Positions 9,393 to 16,021 of a DNA stretch of 32,000 nucleotides are shown here, piece after piece. The DNA lies in contig NC_017080.1 of NCBI RefSeq assembly GCF_000284115.1, positions 870,001 to 902,000 on the forward strand, read 5' to 3'. A program made the translations under genes and the position numbers. Numbering within the stretch: the first letter of the stretch is position 1; each line of letters starts with the position of its first letter. The stretch is from Phycisphaera mikurensis NBRC 102666. Lineage in GTDB: Bacteria > Planctomycetota > Phycisphaerae > Phycisphaerales > Phycisphaeraceae. A model generated the notes under the pieces. The model saw only the letters and a list, made by a program, of their open reading frames with translations. It was not told where the DNA came from and did not search any database.

Positions 9393-11593
9393 CCGGTGCC
9401 CACGCCGAGCCCTGGGAAGCCGTCGGCGCCCTGAAGCTGCGGCTGCGCGACGGGCTGCGGTGGTCGCACCACGCCACGCCCGGCGGCGTCTGGCGCGTCG
9501 TCCGCAACCCGCTGTCGGGCCGGTGCGCCCGCGTGGACCGCGCCGGGTTCGTCTTCCTCCACGCCCTCGACGGCGAGCGGACGGCCGAGGAGGCGCTCGC
9601 CATCGCGGCCGAGACGCTCGGGCCCGCCGCGCCCGACCGCGAGGAGGCGCTCGGGCTGATCGCGTTCGCGACCTCCGCGGGCCTGCTCGGCCAGTCGCTC
9701 CCGCCGGCCGCCGCCGCCGTCGTCGAGCGACGCTCGGCCCGCCGGCGCGCCGCCCGGGTGCAGCGGGGTCTGTCGGTGCTGTTCTGGCGGCAGCGGCTGT
9801 GGAACCCGGATCGCCTGCTCGACCGGGTCGCCCCGCCGCTGTCGCCGGTGTTCTCGGGGCTCGGCTTCGCGGTCTGGCTGCTCGCGCTGCTCGCCGGCGC
9901 CTGGCACCTGGCGGCGGGCTCGGAGCGGTTCGCCGAGGCGCTGGCCGGCGCGCTGCGGTTCGATCCGGCCTACCTCCTGGGCGCACTCGGCGTCTTCGTC
10001 GGCCTCAAGCTGCTGCACGAGCTCGCCCACGGCGTGGCGTGCAAGCACTTCGGCCGCGGCGTGCCCGGCGGCTGCGAGGTGCCCGCGGTGGGGCTGATGC
10101 TGCTGGTCGCGGTGCCGGTGCCGTTCATCGACGTCACGTCCAGCTGGCTGATCCCCTCGCGCTGGGGGCGGGCGGCGGTCGCGGCCGCGGGGCTGTACGC
10201 CGAGCTCTTCGTGGCGGCCCTCGCCGCGGTGGTCTGGGCCCACACCGCGCCGGGCCTGCTGAACACCCTCGCCTTCCAGACGGTGCTGATCGCCTCGATC
10301 GCGACGATCCTCTTCAACGCCAACCCGCTGCTGCGGTACGACGGGTACCACGCCCTCGCCGACGCCGCCGGCATCGCCAACCTCGGGCAGCGTGCCCAGG
10401 CGATGGTCACCGGCGCGGCGCTGCGCCTCCTGGGCGTGCCCGCGGAGCGCGCCTTCGCCGCGGCGCCCGGCGGGGAGAGCTTGGGCGAGGCTTCGACGCG
10501 GCAGCGCGTCCTGCTGGTCGTCTACGCCGTGGCGTCGACCGCGTACCGGTGGCTGATCCTCGCCGTGATCGTGGTGATGGTCGGCGGGCAGTGGCTGCTG
10601 CTGGGCAAGGTGCTGGCGGCGATGGCCGCCGTCGGCTGGCTCGTGCTGCCCCTGGCCCGCTTCGTCGCCCGGCTGCGGCGCGAACTCGCCGAGGCCGGGC
10701 GCGGCCGCCGGGCGCTGGCGGTCGGCGGCGGCGTGGCGGCCGCCGCGGTCGCGCTCGCGGTGCTGGTTCCGGTGCCCCGCTTCGCCTTCGCGCCCGGCGT
10801 CGCCGAGGCGCGGGCGACGGCCCAGGTGCGGCCCCGCACGGGCGGCTTTCTCCGGCGCGTGCTCCCCGCGGGCGAGGCGGCGGACCCCGCGGGCCCGCCG
10901 CTGCTCACCCTCGCCGATCCGGCCCTCGCCGCCGAACGCGCCGGCGCCGCGGCCCAGCTCGCCGCCGCCCGCGTGCGGCTCGACGCCGCCGCCGGCGGCC
11001 CGCCGGCGGAGGCCGCGGCGCTCGCCGACCGCTGCGCGGCCCTCGCCGACCGCCTCGCCGAGCTCGACCGCCGGATCGCGGCCCTGCGCGTGCCCGCCGC
11101 CGCCGCGGGCGTGTGGATCCCCGAGGACCCGCACCTCGCCGCCGGCGACTTCCTCGCGCCCGGCGTGCCCGCGGGCGTGGTCGCCGATCTCTCCGGCCGG
11201 CGCGCCCGCCTGCTCGCCGACCAGCACCTCGGGCCCCGCCTCGCGGCGGCGATGGGCCCCGGCGGCCGGGTCACGGTGCGGTCCTCCGCCGGGCGCTTCG
11301 AGGCCCGCGTGCTGGAGATCGCCCCGGCCGGCTCCACCCGCCTGCCGTCCGCGGCCCTGGGCCAGGCCGGCGGCGGGGCGGTGCGGCTGGAGACCGGGCC
11401 GCGGCCGGACGCCGCGCCCGGCGGCGAGGCGGCCGAGCCCTTCTTCGAGGTCGTCCTCGACCTCGTCGCCCCCGCGGACGGCCGGCCGCTGCCGCTGCCC
11501 GGTGAGCGCCTCCGGGGCACCTTCCGCCTGCCCGCCGAGCCGCCGGCGGTGACCGCCGTCCGCTGGATCCGCCAGGCCCTGCTCGTGCGCTGA
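9389..11593 (+). CDS. Fusion protein: PqqD/RRE-like N-terminus, M50 (site-2 protease family) zinc metalloprotease membrane domain, and a C-terminal HlyD-like adaptor domain
   Basis: I place the start at ATG 9389 (ATGA overlap with the upstream stop); the track start at 9347 would overlap further. The HExxH motif (HELAH) is at 10016-10030 inside a hydrophobic segment. The second S2P motif (NANPLLRYDG, matching NxxPxxxxDG) is at 10316-10345. Multiple TM segments are present. The N-terminus (LRLRDGLRW...VWRVVRNPLSGRCARVDRAGFVFLHALDGERTAEEAL...LIAFATSAGLL) follows the PqqD pattern. The C-terminus has MFP-like strands and a coiled coil (AAERAGAAAQLAAARVRLDAA..., VTVRSSAGRFEARVLEIAP). Confidence 0.75.
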   Translation: MTGAHAEPWEAVGALKLRLRDGLRWSHHATPGGVWRVVRNPLSGRCARVDRAGFVFLHALDGERTAEEALAIAAETLGPAAPDREEALGLIAFATSAGLLGQSLPPAAAAVVERRSARRRAARVQRGLSVLFWRQRLWNPDRLLDRVAPPLSPVFSGLGFAVWLLALLAGAWHLAAGSERFAEALAGALRFDPAYLLGALGVFVGLKLLHELAHGVACKHFGRGVPGGCEVPAVGLMLLVAVPVPFIDVTSSWLIPSRWGRAAVAAAGLYAELFVAALAAVVWAHTAPGLLNTLAFQTVLIASIATILFNANPLLRYDGYHALADAAGIANLGQRAQAMVTGAALRLLGVPAERAFAAAPGGESLGEASTRQRVLLVVYAVASTAYRWLILAVIVVMVGGQWLLLGKVLAAMAAVGWLVLPLARFVARLRRELAEAGRGRRALAVGGGVAAAAVALAVLVPVPRFAFAPGVAEARATAQVRPRTGGFLRRVLPAGEAADPAGPPLLTLADPALAAERAGAAAQLAAARVRLDAAAGGPPAEAAALADRCAALADRLAELDRRIAALRVPAAAAGVWIPEDPHLAAGDFLAPGVPAGVVADLSGRRARLLADQHLGPRLAAAMGPGGRVTVRSSAGRFEARVLEIAPAGSTRLPSAALGQAGGGAVRLETGPRPDAAPGGEAAEPFFEVVLDLVAPADGRPLPLPGERLRGTFRLPAEPPAVTAVRWIRQALLVR

Positions 11594-11635
11594 GCGGCTC
11601 CGGCCCGCGGCTGGAGCGCCCCGCCACCCCGCGGC

Positions 11636-12565
11636 TCAATCCGCCGCGGCGTCGGCGACGGGGTCCGCACCGAGCGTCGCGAGGTCCAGCCCCACCGTGA
11701 AGCCGGCGGGCAGGCGGCCCCCGGGGTTCTCGATCTCGAAGACGCAGCGGAAGGAGCGGCTGCCCGGATCGATCTCCGGCAGCGCCGCGATCAGCCGGCC
11801 CCGCAGCGCTTCCGCCCCCGCCAGCGAGGAGCGGAAGCGGACGCGGGGCCCGGGGCCGTCGCGGCCGGCCCCGGCGAGGCGGTCGTGCAGACGCTCAGGG
11901 AGGTAGACCACCGCGTGCAGCGGGTCCAGCGCCGCCAGCCGCAGCACCGGATCCCGCGCCGCCACGCTCCCGCCCTCCGCCGCCTCGACCGCGAGCACGA
12001 CGGCGTCGAAGGGGGCCACCAGGCGGTGTTGGGCCAGCAGGGCCTCCTCCACCGCCAGCTCGGCGGCGGCCAGCGCCCGGCGCTGCCCCGCCGCGTCGCG
12101 GCGGGCCTCGGCCACCGTGACCGCCGTCCGCGCCGCCTCCAGCTCCCACGCCGGGGCCGCGCCCGAGGCGGCGGCCTCCTCGGTGCGTCCCAGCTCCCGG
12201 CGGGCCTGCTCCGCCACGGCCGCGAGCTCCACCGCCTCGGCGGTGGCGGAGGCGCGGACCCCGGCCGCGGCGACGCGGGCGGCCTGCACCGAGTCGTCCA
12301 GCCGCGCCAGCAGGTCGCCGGCCGCGACGGCCGCGCCCTCACGCACCGCGACCTCCGCCAGCGAGCCGCCGGTGAGCGCCCGCAGGACGACCTCCCGGCT
12401 CGGCCGCACGACCCCGATGGGGGCGTCGGTCGCGTCGGCCGCGGCGGCTGGATCGGCCTCGGCGTCCGCGGCGGGTTCCACCGCCGAGGCGTCCGCCGCG
12501 AGCGGCAGCCACGCCGCGAGCGCGGCGGCGAGGAGCATCCGGAGGGGTCGACGCGGGTGGTTCAT
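11636..12565 (-). CDS. Secreted HlyD/efflux-type periplasmic adaptor subunit
   Basis: I place the start at ATG 12565 (MNHPRRPLRMLLAAALAAWLPLAADASA, a Sec-type signal peptide). The residues upstream in the track ORF are Arg/Pro-rich. MFP motifs are present: GSLAEVAVREGAAVAAGDLLARLDD, a coiled coil, LVAPFDAVVLAV, DPLHAVVYLPE and SRSFRCVFEIENPGGRLPAGFTV. The gene converges on the M50 fusion gene, with 42 bp between the two stops. Confidence 0.75.
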   Translation of the reverse strand: MNHPRRPLRMLLAAALAAWLPLAADASAVEPAADAEADPAAAADATDAPIGVVRPSREVVLRALTGGSLAEVAVREGAAVAAGDLLARLDDSVQAARVAAAGVRASATAEAVELAAVAEQARRELGRTEEAAASGAAPAWELEAARTAVTVAEARRDAAGQRRALAAAELAVEEALLAQHRLVAPFDAVVLAVEAAEGGSVAARDPVLRLAALDPLHAVVYLPERLHDRLAGAGRDGPGPRVRFRSSLAGAEALRGRLIAALPEIDPGSRSFRCVFEIENPGGRLPAGFTVGLDLATLGADPVADAAAD

Positions 12566-12609
12566 GGGCCTGCCATCGGCCGGCGCGGCCCGCGAGCATC
12601 GCCGCGGCC

Positions 12610-12651
12610 GCGGACCGCCGCGGGGCGGGCGGTTTCGCGGCGGCGGTCCGC
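12610..12651 (-). terminator. Terminator-like hairpin (GCGGACCGCCGC / GCGGCGGTCCGC) downstream of the GSP17M-like gene
   Basis: A perfect 12-bp inverted repeat spans 12610-12621 / 12640-12651 with an 18-nt loop. It starts 15 nt after the stop at 12666 (minus strand). It belongs to the same GGACC/GGTCC-centred family as four other gene-end hairpins. No U-tract. Confidence 0.35.
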
Positions 12652-12665
12652 GGCGGCCGCCGCGG

Positions 12666-13193
12666 TCACGCCGCCGGCACCGCCGGGGCGTCTTCGCCCG
12701 CGTCGGGACCGTCGGCAGCGGATCCGTCCAGGCCGGCGGCCCGCCGCGCCTCGCCGGTGAACTCCGCATCGCAGAGCACCTTGAAGCGCTGCGCCGCCAG
12801 GGAGCCGACGCTCGAGAAGTCACGCTTCCCGCCGGTCAGCAGGTAGGTGAGCAGGCGGAAGATCGCGCCGAGGATCGCCCCGTAGAGCACGCACATGAGC
12901 AGGAAGTTGACCCAGCCGCCCGGCTCCAGGGTGAAGGCGCCCAGCAGCAGGCCGATGAACAGGCCCAGGACCGCGCCCGAGCCGGCGCCCTGCAGCGCCG
13001 CCTTCCCGGGGTTGAGCCGGCCGGTCACCTTCTCGACGAACTGCAGCCCCTCACCGACGATCGCGCAGTGCTCGACGGGGAACCCGGCGTCGCTGAGGCG
13101 GTCGACGAGGGCCTGCGCCTCGGCGTAGGTCTTGAAGGTGCCCAGCACGGGGCGATCGGTGTCGGGAGCGGTCTGGTGGACGCCGGCGGGCAT
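12666..13193 (-). CDS. General stress protein 17M (YflT)-like domain membrane protein
   Basis: The 175-aa ORF reads TFKTYAEAQALVDRLSDAGFPVEHCAIVGEGLQFVEKVTGRL, then two Gly-rich TM segments, then GGKRDFSS...RFKVLCDAEF. This closely follows the pattern of actinobacterial GSP17M-like membrane proteins. Confidence 0.75.
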   Translation of the reverse strand: MPAGVHQTAPDTDRPVLGTFKTYAEAQALVDRLSDAGFPVEHCAIVGEGLQFVEKVTGRLNPGKAALQGAGSGAVLGLFIGLLLGAFTLEPGGWVNFLLMCVLYGAILGAIFRLLTYLLTGGKRDFSSVGSLAAQRFKVLCDAEFTGEARRAAGLDGSAADGPDAGEDAPAVPAA

Positions 13194-13229
13194 GGGAGGG
13201 CCTTCTCGGGGTGGAGGAACGCAAGAAAT

Positions 13230-14237
13230 CTAGGCGGGCTCCGGCCCGGCCGCCCGCCTTCCCGGATCGTCCGCGCGGTAGGCCGCCGCGGCCTCCTCCA
13301 GCTTCGCCGCGACCCGCTCCCGCAGCGCCGGCGGGGCCTCCACCCGCGCCCCGGGGCCGTATCCGAGCACCCACCAGAGGATCTCGTCGAGGCCGTCGAC
13401 GCGGAAGCTCAGCGTCACCGAGCCGTCGTCGTGCCACGCGCTCTCCTGGCTGGGGTGCCAGAGGGTGGCCTCGGCCGTCTCGGCGAACGCGGGCAGGAAG
13501 CGGACGCGCACCTCGTCGATGCGTCCGTCGGGGCTGCGGATCATCCGCCACGCCGAGCCGAGGTGCCGGGCCATGGTGAAGCTCTCGGGCACCTCGAAGC
13601 GCGTGTCCGTCAGTTCGACCCGCGTGAAGCGCGAGAGCCGCAGGTTCCGCGCCTCCCCGCGCTCGCCGCGGCCGTGGTGCAGGCCCGTGACGTACCAAGC
13701 CCGCCGCGAGAAGTGCAGCTCCCAGGGGTCGAAGCGGAAGGATTCCGGCGGCTTGGTCAGGCTCTCGTAGAGGCAGGCGGCGGACCGCCGCTCGCGGATC
13801 GCCCGGTCCAGCCGCGCGTAGACGTCGTCGGCGACGCCGTCCTCCCGCGGCGAGGGCGCCAGCGACACCGCCGGCGTGGCTTCGCCGTCCGCGGCGACCA
13901 GCGCCGCCGGCAGCGCCGCCCGGAGCTTCCGCGCCGCCTCCCGCAGCGGCCGGTCCAGCGGCGTCGGCAGGGCGTTGCCCACCTCGCTCGCCAGCGTCAA
14001 TGCCGCCGCCTCCTCCAGCGTGAGGTCCGGCGGCTGCAGCCAGAAGCCGCGGCCGAGCCGGTGCGTGCCGGGCTTGCCCGGCTCGAAGCGGACCCCCGCC
14101 TCCCGCAGCTTCTCCAGGTAGCGGCGGGCGGTCCGGGGGGTCGTGCCCAGCGTCTCCGCGATCTGGGCCGTGGTCATCGCCCCGCCCGCCTGGAGGTGGA
14201 CGAGGAGCCGCAGCGTCCGCTTGAGGTGGTCGTTCAT
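13230..14237 (-). CDS. HTH-WYL-WCX transcriptional regulator (YafY/PafBC-like)
   Basis: I place the start at ATG 14237 (MNDHLKRTLRLLVHLQAGGAMTTAQIAETLGTTPRTARRYLEKLREAGV, an N-terminal HTH). The upstream 166 codons of the track ORF are Arg/Pro/Ala-rich. A WYL-type core is present (FRFDPWELHFSRRAWYVTGLHHGRGEARNLRLSRFTRVELTDTRF). A C-terminal extension domain follows. Confidence 0.8.
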   Translation of the reverse strand: MNDHLKRTLRLLVHLQAGGAMTTAQIAETLGTTPRTARRYLEKLREAGVRFEPGKPGTHRLGRGFWLQPPDLTLEEAAALTLASEVGNALPTPLDRPLREAARKLRAALPAALVAADGEATPAVSLAPSPREDGVADDVYARLDRAIRERRSAACLYESLTKPPESFRFDPWELHFSRRAWYVTGLHHGRGERGEARNLRLSRFTRVELTDTRFEVPESFTMARHLGSAWRMIRSPDGRIDEVRVRFLPAFAETAEATLWHPSQESAWHDDGSVTLSFRVDGLDEILWWVLGYGPGARVEAPPALRERVAAKLEEAAAAYRADDPGRRAAGPEPA

Positions 14238-14548
14238 GGTCGGTGGGAGGCGGCGTGGCCACGGGCCTCCCCCCGGCGACCGCGGGCGGGAACCTATCGC
14301 AGGGTGCGCCCACCCCAAGCCCCGGGGCCGCCAGCCGCGGCGAGCGGCGCCTCCGCGGGCGCTGGCGGTGCACGCCGCGTGCGGAGGCCTCGGCTGCGCC
14401 GCCGCCGGCGGACAAGACGCTGTCCGCGCGAGCCACCGGGCTGCGTCCCCCGCGGTTGCGAGGAGGAGGGGAGTTCGTAGGATGTTCGGATGCTCCCGAA
14501 CGACCCGATCGCGTCCCGCCGGCCGGCCAGGCGCCGCCCCGGACGGCT

Positions 14549-14860
14549 TCAGGCGGCCTCGGACACCGGCAGCAGCCGCATGCCGCGCAGCGGGATCCGC
14601 GGGTCGTCGGTCACGGGCCGGACGTGGGGGAGCGTGGCTTCCCAGGTGTCGGTGTGCCCCTCGATGATCGAGACGACGCGGACCTTCCCCGCCGGCAGCT
14701 CGACGCCTTCGGCGGGGATCAGCCAGAGGTGGCACATCTGCGAGAGCGGGAAGCGGGCCCCGCCGGCCTCCGCGTAGAGTTCGGTGCGGAGCGTCGCCTC
14801 GCAGGAGCGCCGGGGGCCGATCGCCTCGCGGAACGCGTTCGGGGGGGAGGGTTCACGCAT
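14549..14860 (-). CDS. Small hypothetical protein (103 aa), no recognisable family
   Basis: Nearly every codon ends in G/C (read by eye). The composition is balanced, unlike a shadow ORF. No real gene overlaps it on the other strand except at the start codon. The start could be ATG 14860 or ATG 14884. Confidence 0.55.
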   Translation of the reverse strand: MREPSPPNAFREAIGPRRSCEATLRTELYAEAGGARFPLSQMCHLWLIPAEGVELPAGKVRVVSIIEGHTDTWEATLPHVRPVTDDPRIPLRGMRLLPVSEAA

Positions 14861-15428
14861 GGATTCTTTCTCCGGAGACGCCACCGCCCGCGCCCGCCGC
14901 TACCTGCGGTCGCGAGACGCCTCCATCCTACTCGCTCCGGCCCGCGGGCTCCACGGGGACGTGATGCAGTCGACGCGGTCGACCTTTCTGAAGGTCTTCG
15001 GCCGCCGCGAGGCCTTCGAGCTCGAGTGGCGGGTGTACCGGAGGCTCCGCAGCGCCGGCGTGCTCGCGGTGAGCGGCTTCGCGGTGCCGAGCCTGCTCGA
15101 CGCCGACCCCACGCTCGGCGTGCTGGAGCTCTCGCGGGTGCAGCCGCCCTTCGTGCTGGACTTCGCCTCGGTGACGATCGACCAGACGCCCGAGCAGAGG
15201 TGGCCGGACGAGCCCGGCCGCCTGCAGGCGTCCTGGGCCCGGGCCGAGGAGGCGTTCTCGGCGCACCCGCCCGCGCACTGGGCCCGCGTCGTAGCGCTCT
15301 ACGAGGAATTCGGCCGCCGCTTCGGCGTCTGGATGCTCGACCTGCACCCCGGCAACATCGCCTTCGCCGACGCGGACCGGTCGGTCCCGTGTCCTACGCC
15401 ACCCAGAAAGTCCATGGGCGTCCGTTGA
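14859..15428 (+). CDS. Protein-kinase-like (APH / RIO / Kdo-kinase-like) protein, apparently truncated just after the catalytic loop
   Basis: GC3 is high. The N-lobe-like part reads FLKVFGRREAFELEWRVYRRLRSAGV...LELSRV. The catalytic-loop motif LDLHPGNIAF is followed by only about 20 residues, and no DFG/DxD metal-binding motif appears before the stop at 15426-15428. The start is uncertain (ATG 14859, or 14964 at MQSTRS). The 3' end runs into degenerate repeat sequence. Confidence 0.5.
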   Translation: MDSFSGDATARARRYLRSRDASILLAPARGLHGDVMQSTRSTFLKVFGRREAFELEWRVYRRLRSAGVLAVSGFAVPSLLDADPTLGVLELSRVQPPFVLDFASVTIDQTPEQRWPDEPGRLQASWARAEEAFSAHPPAHWARVVALYEEFGRRFGVWMLDLHPGNIAFADADRSVPCPTPPRKSMGVR

Positions 15429-15439
15429 TGCACAGCCTC

Positions 15440-15988
15440 GGCTGCCACGCCCTCTCGGGTCCGACCCTCGACACGGACTTCTCAAACGGTCCATCTCCGG
15501 GTGCCACGCCGCTTGCGGGGTGGGGTGTCCGCAGGACACGCGGCGGATCCGCGCCTCCGCGGGCGGCGTGGCGCGTGCGGGAGGTTGTCGCGACGCGGCC
15601 ACCCCCCAAGGGGCGTGGCACCCGGGAGCCTCGAACAAGCGGAGAACTCGGGTGCCACGCCGCTCGCGGGGTGCGGTGTCCGCAGGACACGCGGCCGCTC
15701 CGCGGCTCCGCGGGCGTCGCCTCCGGCGTCCGCCATCCCGCAAGCGGCTTAGCGGATGCGGGAGGTTGTCGCGACGCGGCCACCCCCCAAGGGGCGTGGC
15801 ACCCGGGAGCCTCGAACAAGCGGAGAACTCGGGTGCCACGCCGCTCGCGGGGTGCGGTGTCCGCAGGACACACGGCGGATCCGCGGCTCCGCGGGCGTCG
15901 CCTCCGGCGCCCGCCACCCCGCAAGCGGCTTGGCGGGTGCGGGAGGTTGTCGCGACGCGGCCACCCCCCAAGGGGCGTGGCACCCGGG
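15440..15988. repeat. Tandem array of three hairpin-forming MITE/REP-like elements (125, 155 and 155 bp) separated by identical 26-bp linkers, plus a degenerate upstream fragment
   Basis: The elements are 15499-15623, 15650-15804 and 15831-15985. Each is bounded by GGGTGCCACGCC ... GGCGTGGCACCC, a 12-bp perfect terminal inverted repeat that extends to about 21/24. Each contains internal palindromes GTGTCC-GCA-GGACAC and GTCGCGAC. The linker GGGAGCCTCGAACAAGCGGAGAACTC occurs at 15624-15649 and 15805-15830. A partial GGCTGCCACGCC lies at 15440-15451. Periods of 151 and 181 bp are not multiples of 3. Confidence 0.85.
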
Positions 15989-16021
15989 CATCGGCCGCTC
16001 GAGAATCGCCCCGAACGCGTG

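Noticed and set aside
4440-11227. Very long ORFs overlapping the adhesin and adaptor genes (4440-7580 plus, 7155-9173 minus, 7406-8875 plus, 8033-11227 minus, 9460-11505 plus, 10522-11670 minus).
   Set aside because: Their translations are dominated by Arg/Pro/Gly/Ala runs with no domain-like patterns. This is typical of off-frame or antisense reading of very GC-rich coding DNA. Each is fully overlapped by an ORF with clear domain motifs and stronger third-position GC bias.
11594-11635. Intrinsic terminator in the 42-bp gap between the convergent M50-fusion and HlyD genes.
   Set aside because: Only weak, short CCGCGG-type complementarity is present. There is no stem comparable to the five GGACC-type hairpins and no T-run.
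14841-14847. G7/C7 homopolymer near the 5' end of the small minus-strand ORF as a phase-variation switch.
   Set aside because: Runs of 6-7 G/C occur elsewhere in this GC-rich window, for example in the repeat elements. The tract is too short to argue for slipped-strand regulation without population data.
15612-15630. TGGCAC in the repeat termini (GGCGTGGCACCCGGGAGCC) as a sigma-54 -24/-12 promoter.
   Set aside because: The -12 element (TTGC/TGCA, 4-5 nt downstream of TGGCAC) is absent. The following bases are CCGGGAGCC.
15440-15988. Possibility that the 151/181-bp array, or the 107-bp array at 25871-26547, is a CRISPR array.
   Set aside because: Essentially the whole unit is repeated, so there are no unique spacers between short conserved repeats. 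The unit lengths are far from the 60-75 bp repeat-plus-spacer period. No cas genes are in the window.
15440-16021. Interpreting the inverted-repeat elements as part of an intact mobile element or insertion sequence.
   Set aside because: No transposase, integrase or recombinase ORF lies in or next to the array, and I see no convincing target-site duplications. At most these are non-autonomous MITE/REP-like elements.
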